Origin: Candidatus Latescibacterota bacterium
Lineage (GTDB): Bacteria; Latescibacterota; UBA2968; GCA-2709665
Length of the DNA: 64,000 nucleotides
Assembly (NCBI GenBank): GCA_963662665.2
Contig: CAXXJS010000049.1
Location: 28,373 to 92,372, forward strand
Reading direction: 5' to 3'
Shown: positions 27,750 through 36,792 of the stretch, in pieces
How positions within the stretch are numbered: the stretch's first letter is position 1
How the letters are laid out: every line of letters starts with the position of its first letter
The notes under the pieces: generated by a model
Told to the model about the DNA's origin: nothing
Databases searched by the model: none
What the model saw: the letters and a program-made list of their open reading frames with translations, nothing else
Program-made: the position numbers and the translations under genes

Positions 27750-28907
27750 ATGTCCAAACGCGACTACTACGAGGTCCTCGGTCTGCAACGCGAAGCAACC
27801 GAAGGCGAAATTAAGAAAGCCTATCGCAAACAGGCGATGCAATATCATCCCGACCGTAACGCGGGCGATGAAGAGGCCGCGGCCAGATTCAAGGAGGCCG
27901 CCGAAGCATATGAGGTCCTGGGCGATACCCAGAAACGTCGCGTGTACGACCAGTACGGTCATGCGGGTCTGGGCGGGCCGTTCCAGGGCGGGGGATTTCA
28001 ATGGTCCGATTTCACCCATGCAACCGATTTCGAGGACATTTTCTCCAATCTCGACGACGTGTTCGGCGGCGGTATTCTGGGCGATCTGTTCGGCCGACGC
28101 GGCGGCCGTCGCGGCCCCCAGCGTGGGGAGGACCTCCGCATTCCGCTCCGGTTGACCCTGGAAGAGATCGCGGCCGGCGCACAAAAGAAGATCCGATTTG
28201 CGCGGATGGAAAAGTGCGGCACATGCGACGGGAGCGGCGCCCGTTCCGGCGCTGCCGCCAGGACCTGCAGCGTCTGCAACGGGATGGGGCAGGTGCGCCA
28301 GGCGACCAGGTCGATGTTCGGCCAGTTCGTGAACGTAACCACGTGCCCCCAGTGCAACGGCGAGGGCAAGGTGATCGGCGACCGCTGCTCCGACTGCGGC
28401 GGCGAGGGCAGGGCGAAAAAGACCGTAAGTCTGGCAGTCAACGTCCCGGCGGGTGTGACCGACGGCAACTACATCCCGTTGCGGGGGCAGGGCAGCGTTG
28501 GACCCCGTGATGGCGCCGCCGGGGATTGCATGGTGCTGATCGAAGAGGAGGAGCACGAGTACTTCGAGCGGCACGGCAACGACATTCTCTATGAATTGCC
28601 CATCAGCTTCAGCCAGGCGGCGCTGGGCGCCGACGTGACGGTTCCCACGTTGAACAGCAAGGCGGAAATGAAGATTCCGGCCGGAACGCAGTCCGGACAG
28701 GTTTTTCGCCTGCGGGGCAAGGGTATACCGGAACTGAACGGGTACCGTACCGGCGACCAGCTCGTTCGCGTGATGGTCTGGACGCCAGCCCGTCTCAACG
28801 AGGATGAGAAGACGCTGTTCAGGCAACTCGCCGAACTGGAGAATATCCAGCCACCGGAAGGTGGAAAAGGCTTATTCGAACGTATGAAAGAGGCGTTCGG
28901 CGGTTAG
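27750..28907 (+). CDS. dnaJ: molecular chaperone DnaJ
   Basis: J domain with HPD, G/F region, four CxxCxGxG motifs, IPAGTQSG. Confidence 0.97.
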   Translation: MSKRDYYEVLGLQREATEGEIKKAYRKQAMQYHPDRNAGDEEAAARFKEAAEAYEVLGDTQKRRVYDQYGHAGLGGPFQGGGFQWSDFTHATDFEDIFSNLDDVFGGGILGDLFGRRGGRRGPQRGEDLRIPLRLTLEEIAAGAQKKIRFARMEKCGTCDGSGARSGAAARTCSVCNGMGQVRQATRSMFGQFVNVTTCPQCNGEGKVIGDRCSDCGGEGRAKKTVSLAVNVPAGVTDGNYIPLRGQGSVGPRDGAAGDCMVLIEEEEHEYFERHGNDILYELPISFSQAALGADVTVPTLNSKAEMKIPAGTQSGQVFRLRGKGIPELNGYRTGDQLVRVMVWTPARLNEDEKTLFRQLAELENIQPPEGGKGLFERMKEAFGG

Positions 28908-28947
28908 CGAATAGTACCCGTGTGTCTCCTTTACGCAATACGGGCGT

Positions 28948-28976
28948 CCCGTGCATCCGCACGGGGCTTTTTTTTT
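28948..28976 (+). terminator. rho-independent terminator after dnaJ
   Basis: CCCGTGC-ATCC-GCACGGG followed by GC and a T9 tract. Confidence 0.8.
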
Positions 28977-29004
28977 GGGGGGCCGATCGTCGCCGGACTG
29001 CGCG

Positions 29005-30447
29005 TTACGTTTTCCTCAGCCTGCGGAAAAGCGGTTGACTCTTCCTGATCTCCGATTTCGAAAAACTGGTTTCGATATGATCGGCGGTACACGGAAGAAA
29101 GGGTCTCAGGACCCGCGAAATGGCGCGAATCGAACCGACCCAGGCCGAGAGATTTTTCCGGAGCTTCCCGGCCTTTCCCTGTTTCAGAAATTCCCACGGA
29201 CGTTCCGCGTCGATTTCGCGGTTCAGACCGCCAACGCGCCGCCAGATGGCCCTCAGGCCGCCGGCAAAGTCGAATTCGTCTAGCGCGTGCGTGACGTCCT
29301 GTGGAACGCGGGCATCGGGCGTTTCCGCCCGACCGTAACCGCACCCTTCGCATAGGGCTTCGAGCCGGCGCACCAGGTTGCCCAGACCGTTCGCAAGGTC
29401 CGAGTTGTACACTTCCCGCAGCCTGGCTTCGGACACATCGCCGTCCTCTCCCGAACGGACTGCGCGGAGCAGGTAGTACCGGAGGGCGTCAGCGCCGTAT
29501 CGCCGGATCAGGGGGAATGGGTCCACGGCGTTGTCCAGCGACTTTCCGATCTTGCGGCCTTCCACGGTCAGATGGCCGTGGACGAAGATGGTTCGGGGAA
29601 GCGGCAGGCCGGCGGAGAGCAGCAGGGCGGGCCAGTAAACCGCGTGAAACTTGAGGATATCTTTGCCGATCACGTGGACCCGGTTGGGGCAGTTGCGCCA
29701 AAACCGATCGAATTTTTCGACCCCCGAACCATAGCCCAGACCGGTGAGGTAGTTGGTCAGGGCGTCGAACCAGACGTACATGACCTGCGTCGGGTGTCCA
29801 GGCACGGGCACGCCCCAGCCTCCGGAACGCTCCCGATTGCGGGAAATGCTGAAGTCACGCAGGCCCTGCCTGATGAATCCCAGCGCTTCGTTTCGGCGTG
29901 TTTCCGGGAGAATGCGAAGCTCTCCGGACGCGATCAGGCCCTCGAGCGCCTTCTGATAGGCGGATAGGCGGAAGAAATAGTTGGTTTCTTCCACGGACTC
30001 GGGTTCGACGGCGTGAACAGGGCATCGACCGTCCGAAAGGTCCCGCTTCAGGTAGAAGTCCTCGCATCCCGCGCAATACAGACCGCGGTACTGCCGGAGG
30101 TAGATATCCTCCTGCCGGCAGTCGGTCCAGAATCCGGATGCGCCGCGGAAGTGGACGTTGGAGGAGGAGCGGATGAAAGCGTCGGAAGAGACGTTGAGGG
30201 CTTCGACCAGGTTTCGGAAGACCGCGGCATTCCGATCGCAGAACTGATCGGGCGCAAGGCCCTGACGGGCGGCGGCCTGCACGTTTTTGAACGCATTTTC
30301 GTCGGTTCCGGTGAGGAAAAACGTCTCGTCGCCCAGGAGCCGCCGCCACCGTGCAATCGCGTCGGCCTGTACGAGTTCCAGCGCGAAACCCACGTGGGGG
30401 CGGGCATTGACGTAGGGGATGGACGTAGATACGTAGAACGTATTCAT
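29005..30447 (-). CDS. metG: methionine--tRNA ligase, short monomeric form with atypical HVGF/KIGKS motifs
   Basis: FYVSTSIPYVNARPHVGF, LTGTDE, YCAGCEDF...CPVH knuckle, YFFRLS, DFSISR, YVWFDAL.NY, IGKDILKFH...WPA, N.DLANGLGNL; no C-terminal tRNA-binding domain. Confidence 0.92.
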   Translation of the reverse strand: MNTFYVSTSIPYVNARPHVGFALELVQADAIARWRRLLGDETFFLTGTDENAFKNVQAAARQGLAPDQFCDRNAAVFRNLVEALNVSSDAFIRSSSNVHFRGASGFWTDCRQEDIYLRQYRGLYCAGCEDFYLKRDLSDGRCPVHAVEPESVEETNYFFRLSAYQKALEGLIASGELRILPETRRNEALGFIRQGLRDFSISRNRERSGGWGVPVPGHPTQVMYVWFDALTNYLTGLGYGSGVEKFDRFWRNCPNRVHVIGKDILKFHAVYWPALLLSAGLPLPRTIFVHGHLTVEGRKIGKSLDNAVDPFPLIRRYGADALRYYLLRAVRSGEDGDVSEARLREVYNSDLANGLGNLVRRLEALCEGCGYGRAETPDARVPQDVTHALDEFDFAGGLRAIWRRVGGLNREIDAERPWEFLKQGKAGKLRKNLSAWVGSIRAISRVLRPFLPCTADHIETSFSKSEIRKSQPLFRRLRKT

Positions 30448-30464
30448 CAGGAGGCCCTTTCCAT

Positions 30465-30502
30465 AAAAAAAACCCCACCGCCGATCCGTCGGCGGTGGGG
30501 TT
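30465..30502 (-). terminator. attenuator terminator in the metG leader
   Basis: Minus strand AACCCCACCGCCGA-CGGA-TCGGCGGTGGGGTT (14-bp stem) running into a U8 tract, 17 nt before the metG ATG. Confidence 0.9.
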
Positions 30503-30530
30503 GTCGATTCAGGTACACGTACGATTCAGT

Positions 30531-30689
30531 TCATTTCATGGGATGGTCCGCCGCGGGATGTCCGAATGAGATAGAGGACATCATGCACATCGAAATCACG
30601 GCGACACGGGTCGATGCATTGCCATGTGGAACGGCTGAGGATTGTACTGATAAACGCGAAACGTAGACCGAAATCTGAACCGATTTCAT
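30531..30689 (-). CDS. putative Met-rich leader peptide of metG (52 aa)
   Basis: GGGAGAG RBS, then MKSVQISVYVSRLSVQSSAVPHGNASTRVAVISMCMMSSISFGHPAADHPMK*; ATG TGC ATG ATG at 30590-30579; stop 28 nt before the terminator. Confidence 0.7.
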   Translation of the reverse strand: MKSVQISVYVSRLSVQSSAVPHGNASTRVAVISMCMMSSISFGHPAADHPMK

Positions 30690-30716
30690 CTTACTCTCCC
30701 CAATTGTGTGGGCGTA

Positions 30717-30745
30717 AAGATAGACGGCCAGCCATGAATTGTCAA
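30717..30745 (-). promoter_or_regulatory. sigma70-type promoter of the metG leader
   Basis: Minus strand TTGACA-N17-TATCTT. Confidence 0.7.
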
Positions 30746-30753
30746 GTTTCACG

Positions 30754-30935
30754 TGCGGACGTACCGCATTTCAGGTATCGCACCGTGCAATTCGCGCAGG
30801 GATGATCCCATGCTGCAGTAGATCCTTCGTCGGCCTGGCGGCCTCCTCAGGATGACAGTTTTACCGACACCTTACAGACAGACTTCGCCACCGGTTACCG
30901 CAACGCATGTCATTCTGAGCGCAGCGAAGAATCTC
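30754..30935. repeat. REP-like palindromic dispersed repeat, copy A
   Basis: Contains AGATCCTTCGTCGGCCTGGCGGCCTCCTCAGGATGAC and GTCATTCTGAGCGCAGCGAAGAATCTC; 30820-30858 is the exact reverse complement of 56297-56335. Confidence 0.85.
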
Positions 30936-31090
30936 ACGTACATCGTGAATCTGATATCTTCCCCTTGTCCTTTTGGCGGTATGGGCTTAAATTGACGAAG
31001 GCAGGAGAATCCGGGGTGGGCCTGCCGGTCACCCGGTTTCCGGGCGGTATTCTACTTTCGTGAATATTATTATAGAGTAAGGGATCGGTT

Positions 31091-32140
31091 GTGCTTTACT
31101 GGTTGGGAGAGCGTTTCTCGGACGTTTACGGGCCCCTTCGGCTGTTAACGTCCTATCTGTTTCTGGCCGTTCTGGGCACGGCGCTGGCCGGTTTATTCAC
31201 CTGGCGGCTGCTTCCCGGATTGTGGATGCGGCTGCCCAAAGACCGTGGCCGCGCGTATGCCGTCGATAACGAGCAGAGCCACGGCAAGCCCGTGGGTGCC
31301 GGCGTTATTTTCATCCCCATCTACCTGATCGTGTGTTTTCTGATCCTCCCGCCGGGTTCCCAGTACTGGCAGATTCTGGGCTGTCTGTTTCTCGCGATGC
31401 TGGCCGGGTTCCTTGACGATCGAAGTCCTGGCGGATGGGGCGAGTACCGCGTGGGAGCCATCGACCTGGGCATTTCCCTGCTGGGCGCAATGGTTATTTG
31501 CCAGTTGGAGTCCGTCGAGCTCTGGCTTCCGCTGATGAAGACGCCGGTACTGGTCCAACCGTGGATTTTCGTGCCCGGGGCCGCGTTATTGATCTGGGTT
31601 TCAATCAATGCCACCAACTGTACGGATGGCGTGGACGGGCTGTCGGGCAGCCTGAGTGTGCTCGCCTTCATCTATCTGGGCGTCATTCTATACGGGATTG
31701 TAGGGCACACGGACATTGCCCGGTATCTTCTTGTGCCGCACTATCCGGACGGCGCGGTCTGGGCCCTGTTCGCATTTGTCATGGCCGGGTGTCTGGCCGG
31801 TTATCTCTGGTATAACGCCTATCCCAGCGCAGTGCTGATGGGAGACGCGGGATCCCGGCCGATGGGCTTCCTGCTCGGGATACTGGTTCTGGCGTGCGGC
31901 AATCCGTTTCTGATCGTCGTGGTCGCAAGCGTGGTGCTGGTGAATGGGGCCACGGGACTGCTGAAAGTGGCGTTGCTGCGGTTTCTGAAGATCGGGATAT
32001 TCGAGACGGTTCGATATCCGCTGCACGATCATTTTCGGCACAAAAACGGATGGTCGAATACGCACGTACTCGTGCGGTTTATTCTGCTCCAGGCGTTTGT
32101 GACGCCGATTCTGCTGGTTTTGCTGGTTAAGATCCGCTGA
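31091..32140 (+). CDS. mraY: phospho-N-acetylmuramoyl-pentapeptide transferase (MraY-like), orphan
   Basis: MLYWL start, GKPVGAG, GFLDD, NATNCTDGVDGL, LWYNAYP..VLMGDAGS, PLHDHF...GWS. Confidence 0.75.
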   Translation: MLYWLGERFSDVYGPLRLLTSYLFLAVLGTALAGLFTWRLLPGLWMRLPKDRGRAYAVDNEQSHGKPVGAGVIFIPIYLIVCFLILPPGSQYWQILGCLFLAMLAGFLDDRSPGGWGEYRVGAIDLGISLLGAMVICQLESVELWLPLMKTPVLVQPWIFVPGAALLIWVSINATNCTDGVDGLSGSLSVLAFIYLGVILYGIVGHTDIARYLLVPHYPDGAVWALFAFVMAGCLAGYLWYNAYPSAVLMGDAGSRPMGFLLGILVLACGNPFLIVVVASVVLVNGATGLLKVALLRFLKIGIFETVRYPLHDHFRHKNGWSNTHVLVRFILLQAFVTPILLVLLVKIR

Positions 32141-32180
32141 GGGTGCAGGCGCGCGGCGAGATTACGCACAAAGGGAAACC

Positions 32181-33539
32181 ATGGACGCAAAAGAAACGCT
32201 AAAGCGGAAAATCTGTGAGGCCATCGACCGCCGGCGCGGACAGATCGAGCGGATCGGGGACCACATTATGGCCCATCCGGAGACTGGGTTCAAGGAATTC
32301 GAAACGTCCAGGCTGGCGGCGAATACCATGGAAGAGTTCGGGATTTCGCCGGAAACCGGGCTGGGGATTACCGGCGTGAAGGGCATTTTACGGGGTGCGA
32401 AACCGGGCCCGACCGTGGCCCTGATCGGCGAGCTGGATTCGCTTGTAGTGCCGGATCATCCCATGGCCGATCCCGAAACCGGCGCCGCACACGCCTGTGG
32501 ACACAACGCGCAGATGGCCGGGCTGCTGGGCGCGATGATGGGGATGGTGGACACCGGCGCGGCTGAGTCCATGGCCGGCAACGTCGTGTTTTTCGCGGTG
32601 CCCGCGGAAGAGTATATCGAGGTCGAGTACCGGATGGGACTGGTCAGGGAAGGAAAGCTGGAGTTCCTGGGCGGCAAACCCGAACTCGTCCGCCTCGGGC
32701 ATTTCGACGATATCGACGTGGCGGCCATGATCCACACGCACAGCGACCCTGGCATGAAGAAGGCGGCGACTGCCAAGTCGTGCAACGGATGTATGGTGAA
32801 GATGATCCGGTTCGTTGGCCGTGCCGCGCACGCCGGAGGCGCGCCTCACAGGGGAATCAACGCGTTGAACGCCGCCCAGATCGCATTAATGGCAATTCAT
32901 GCGCAGCGTGAGACGTTTCGGGATAACGATTCGATCCGGGTACATCCGATCATCACCAGGGGCGGCGACATCGTGAATGTGGTGCCGGCGGAGGTAACGA
33001 TGGAGACCTACGTCCGGGGGAAGACGAACGAAGCGATGCTGGACGCCAACGAGAAGGTCGACCGGGCGATCCGCGCGGGGGCCATGGCGGTCGGCGCTCG
33101 GGTGGAGATCGAGACGCTGCCGGGGTACATGCCCGTCAGGACCGATCCTGCGTTGAGCGAAGTGTTCGAATCGAATTCGAGAGCACTATTCGGCGACGAC
33201 GAGGTCTGTGAGGTCTCGCACCGGTCGGGATCCACGGATATGGGGGATCTGTCCCACATCATGCCGGCGATCCATCCGTACATGTCCGGAGCGGACGGCG
33301 TGGGTCACAGCGCGGACTGGCATATTTCGGACAAGGAGATGGGGTATATCGCGCCCGCGAAATCACTGGCGCTTCTGGCCGTGGACCTTCTGCACGGCGC
33401 CGGCGAGGAGGCGACGGGCGTGCTCCGGGACTTCGAGCCGGCGATGACGAAGGAAGAGTACCTGACGTTCCAGCGTGCGCTGTTCAAGACGGAGGTATTC
33501 GACGGGGCAGGCGGCGGGAAAGACGGGAATACGAACTGA
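32181..33539 (+). CDS. M20D family amidohydrolase
   Basis: HPETGFKEF, GELDSL, AHACGHNAQ, PAEE, AHAGGAPH.GINAL, GSTDMGDLSH. Confidence 0.92.
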   Translation: MDAKETLKRKICEAIDRRRGQIERIGDHIMAHPETGFKEFETSRLAANTMEEFGISPETGLGITGVKGILRGAKPGPTVALIGELDSLVVPDHPMADPETGAAHACGHNAQMAGLLGAMMGMVDTGAAESMAGNVVFFAVPAEEYIEVEYRMGLVREGKLEFLGGKPELVRLGHFDDIDVAAMIHTHSDPGMKKAATAKSCNGCMVKMIRFVGRAAHAGGAPHRGINALNAAQIALMAIHAQRETFRDNDSIRVHPIITRGGDIVNVVPAEVTMETYVRGKTNEAMLDANEKVDRAIRAGAMAVGARVEIETLPGYMPVRTDPALSEVFESNSRALFGDDEVCEVSHRSGSTDMGDLSHIMPAIHPYMSGADGVGHSADWHISDKEMGYIAPAKSLALLAVDLLHGAGEEATGVLRDFEPAMTKEEYLTFQRALFKTEVFDGAGGGKDGNTN

Positions 33540-33552
33540 TCCTTACGTCTGC

Positions 33553-34323
33553 TTAAATCACATTGATCTCGCGCGTTCCGGCGTTCCCGATGCGTTTCGG
33601 GCCGTCTCTTTCCAGCACCGCCGGTTCCTCCACCAGCCAGGATCCCTCCAGAGAAAGAACGTTCCCTTCCTCGAAAACGATCCCGGGCGCCACGCGTTCG
33701 TGGCCCGACGGGTAGGCGGAACTCATTCTGGGTTCCTCGTGAACGTCCATTCCCACCCCGTGTACCAACCATAGTGGCGCGTCTGTTTTTTCAGCTTCGA
33801 ACTCACGGCGGCAGGCCTCGAAGACTTCCCGTTTGGTCTTGCCGGGGCGCACTACGTCATACATAAACGCGATGCGGCGGACATGGGCGTTTACGGTTCC
33901 AACTGCTTTCGGTGTGGGTTCCCCGAAACAGAGTGGCAGTTTGAAGTCGCTCATGTAACCCTGGTAGCAAATGTTCCAATCAGGAGATAATCCCGCGTCC
34001 AGGCCGATCCGACCTCGATGAAGGTCCCGTTTCTTTAACTGATCGATTGTCACGGCAAGATAATCCTTCACGTAGTCGTCGGTCCCGTAGGTCTCTGACG
34101 GCATGTCCGGCAGGTTGAGGCCGCGGGCGCCCACGGTGAAAGATCTGTCGGGCGGCGCGATGACGCAGAACATCAGTATCCATCCATCGTTGGTATTGTT
34201 GTACATCGCATCCCGGAAGAGGAGGTCGCTGCGCAGGTAAAGGGTGTTCTTTCGTCCTGCGAGGATAAGGGCATCCAGCCCGCTTTCGGCGATGAGGGCT
34301 TTCAACCTCGGAATATTGGCCAC
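33553..34323 (-). CDS. M24 (prolidase/creatinase-like) protein, apparently internally deleted
   Basis: Creatinase-N (RL...I.E.GLDALIL..N..Y) joined directly to YQGYMSD, VHGVGMDVHEEP and SLE...VEE; only 256 aa; AGGAG RBS before GTG. Confidence 0.6.
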   Translation of the reverse strand: MANIPRLKALIAESGLDALILAGRKNTLYLRSDLLFRDAMYNNTNDGWILMFCVIAPPDRSFTVGARGLNLPDMPSETYGTDDYVKDYLAVTIDQLKKRDLHRGRIGLDAGLSPDWNICYQGYMSDFKLPLCFGEPTPKAVGTVNAHVRRIAFMYDVVRPGKTKREVFEACRREFEAEKTDAPLWLVHGVGMDVHEEPRMSSAYPSGHERVAPGIVFEEGNVLSLEGSWLVEEPAVLERDGPKRIGNAGTREINVI

Positions 34324-34719
34324 GTTGGAGTCTCCTGGTTAACGATTCTTGTTGTCATGAATCGGTCAGAAGGAAGAGGTAAGACGGGTTGGTAACCCTG
34401 TCAAATGACATCACCGAAACTGTATCTATCGATGTTCGAAAAGAAGCGAATTGTATAAGGGAGCGCGAGATTGGAGTTGGCCTTCATGCCAGCGTGTCGT
34501 AACACAAAATGTGAGTTTGTGGCGGAAAAAAACGTGACATTTGGGGTCCTGCGTTTTTATGCAGCACGCGAACTGACAGTTCGCGTTACGATCGGGTTCC
34601 GGTATCTGAGATCTTGGTTAGTGAGCCAGTTTTTCGGGACCGATAGGCGGGCTGCTCGCTGCTTCTCGCTACACTTGGGACCGTCGGCTTCCAGCCCTTG
34701 TGGCGCCGACGTTGGATTT

Positions 34720-34744
34720 GTAGGGGCGACCCTTGTGGTCGCCC
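34720..34744 (+). repeat. single GTAG-type REP element
   Basis: GTAG followed by the palindrome GGGCGACC-CTTGT-GGTCGCCC. Confidence 0.6.
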
Positions 34745-34861
34745 GCCCTCGCGACTTTTCCTGACAGTTGATAACTCTGTCTGCTAAAGTATCCTTGACT
34801 GTTACCGGAAACAAGCGGTTTGTCCCATGCGGCGGGCTATTGCCGTCAAAGGAGAATGAAG

Positions 34862-36490
34862 ATGCCACATCCGAATGACCTGAATATCGGCTGGAATGCC
34901 GTCAGCACGACGGGTGCGGTTGCCGCGGGTGGCGCCGGAGCCGTGGCAGCGGGAATCGGGATTCTGGAACGGGGTGGAAACGCGGCAGACGCCGCGGCGG
35001 CGACCATCCTCGCGCTGAACGTGACCGATCACGGCGCGTGCTCGATCGGGGGCGAGGTGCCGGTGATCGTCTACGACGCTGACAGACAGGAGGTCAAGAC
35101 GCTATCCGGTCAGGGGAGGGCGCCGCTCTCGCAAGAAGCGATCGACTGGTACATGGAACACGGCATTCCCGATAAAGACATCAAGATGGCGCCGGTCCCT
35201 TCGGTTGTTGATCTGTGTACGACGCTGCTCATAAAGTATGGCACCCAGTCCTTTGAACGGATTGTGGCTCCCACGCTGGAAATCCTGGATGACGGCGAGG
35301 AATCCTGGCATCCCCGGCTTGCCGACACGCTCCGCAGGCTGGTCAAGGCGGAACAGGCCGCACACGGAAACCGCCAGGAGAAGGTTGCCGCCGCGAGCGA
35401 CCGCTTCTACGGCCGCAACGGGGCGGGACAGGACGTCGCCGACGCTTTGGAGGCGGATTACGTCGAGAAAGGCGGTTTTCTGCGGAAAGCAGACCTGGCG
35501 GCCCACCGGACCCTGATTGAAGATCCCGTCACGGTCGACTACCGGGGTTACGACGTGTACAAATGCGGTCCCTGGACGCAGGGGCCGTACCTGTGCCAGG
35601 CGTTGCGCCTCCTGGAGGGCTTCGATCTGAAATCGATGGGCCATCTATCCACGGATTACGTACACGCGGCTGTGGAAGCGCTCAAGCTGGCGATGGCCGA
35701 CAGGGACGCGTACTACGCCGATCCGGACTTCACTGCCGTGCCGATGGACGAATTGCTGTCAAACGAATACACCGAAATCCGCCGGCCGCTGATCGATATG
35801 GAGCAGGCGTCGCTGATCGCCCGTCCCGGAGACCCGTACGGAATGAAACCGCTTCGGGGTGATGGCGTGTTCGAGCCGGGCATCGGGGGAACGACCACGT
35901 GCGTGGTCGCGGACCGCTGGGGGAACGTCGTTTCGGCAACACCGAGCGCAAACGTCTACCGCGGGGAAGATCCCCTCGGGGGGCAAACGGGCGTGTCATA
36001 CGGGAACCGCCTGAGAAGCCTGAACACGACCTCCGGCCATCCCAACTGCATCCAGCCGGGAAAGCGCCCGCGCATCACACTGACTCCGACGCTGGTCCTG
36101 AAAGACGGCAGGCCGATCCTGGCGATCAGCGTTGCAGGCGGGGACCTGCAGGACCAGGCGACGCTGAATCTGCTCCTGGACTTCATCGAATTCGGCATGT
36201 TACCGGAAACCGCCGTCCGCGCGCCGCGGTTCGCCACGGCGCACCACGAGGACTCGTTCGATCCCAATCCCGATCGGCCTGCGACGTTCAAACGGGCCGG
36301 ATCGTTGAATATAAGCGACAGCGTGAGCCGGGACGTTCGTGCCGAACTCGCATCGCGGGGGCATCACGTTACGACAAGCACCGGTCCGATTGCGACTCCG
36401 GTCATGCTATTCGTGGATCCGGAGGACGGCCGGTTCCATGCCGCCGGCGACCCCGATGCCGGGCGGCATGCGGCGGGCCTGGAGGGATAG
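34862..36490 (+). CDS. gamma-glutamyltransferase family protein
   Basis: GGNAADAA, IGGE, EALKLAMADR..YYADP, nucleophile GTTTCVVADRWGNVVSATPS, PGKRPRITLTP, GGDLQDQ, AGDP. Confidence 0.92.
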   Translation: MPHPNDLNIGWNAVSTTGAVAAGGAGAVAAGIGILERGGNAADAAAATILALNVTDHGACSIGGEVPVIVYDADRQEVKTLSGQGRAPLSQEAIDWYMEHGIPDKDIKMAPVPSVVDLCTTLLIKYGTQSFERIVAPTLEILDDGEESWHPRLADTLRRLVKAEQAAHGNRQEKVAAASDRFYGRNGAGQDVADALEADYVEKGGFLRKADLAAHRTLIEDPVTVDYRGYDVYKCGPWTQGPYLCQALRLLEGFDLKSMGHLSTDYVHAAVEALKLAMADRDAYYADPDFTAVPMDELLSNEYTEIRRPLIDMEQASLIARPGDPYGMKPLRGDGVFEPGIGGTTTCVVADRWGNVVSATPSANVYRGEDPLGGQTGVSYGNRLRSLNTTSGHPNCIQPGKRPRITLTPTLVLKDGRPILAISVAGGDLQDQATLNLLLDFIEFGMLPETAVRAPRFATAHHEDSFDPNPDRPATFKRAGSLNISDSVSRDVRAELASRGHHVTTSTGPIATPVMLFVDPEDGRFHAAGDPDAGRHAAGLEG

Positions 36491-36539
36491 GACACGGAAA
36501 GAGCAAGCTATGTCTAAAGGCAGTTTCGGGAAATCGGAG

Positions 36540-36738
36540 AGGTGCCGCGTACGTGTATCTGGCGCCACCGGTAAACCGTGCCGATATCGATGGCAGCGGA
36601 GAAATCGATCTGCCGGATTTCATCGCATTTGCCGCGGCTTTCGGGAACACTGATTACCGGTTCGACTTCAATGAAGACGGGACGGTTGAATTCTCCGACT
36701 TTTTGATGTTTGTCGGTCTACTCGGTCAGTCTGCCTGA
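36540..36738 (+). pseudogene. C-terminal fragment of an FG-GAP repeat protein with an EF-hand/dockerin-like module
   Basis: GAAYVY (FG-GAP end), then ADIDGSGEIDLPDF...DFNEDGTVEFSDF; no credible start or signal peptide. Confidence 0.55.
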
Positions 36739-36792
36739 CGGTTCGACCTCACGTCGCATCGGCGTTCGGTGCGGCGGCAACCGCTAAGACAC

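Noticed and set aside
30448-30715. T-box or SAM riboswitch upstream of metG
   Set aside because: I see no T-box GGTGGNACC(A/G)CG element and no SAM-I ATCAAGAG/GCAACC core; the uORF model explains the hairpins. An Rfam scan is still needed.
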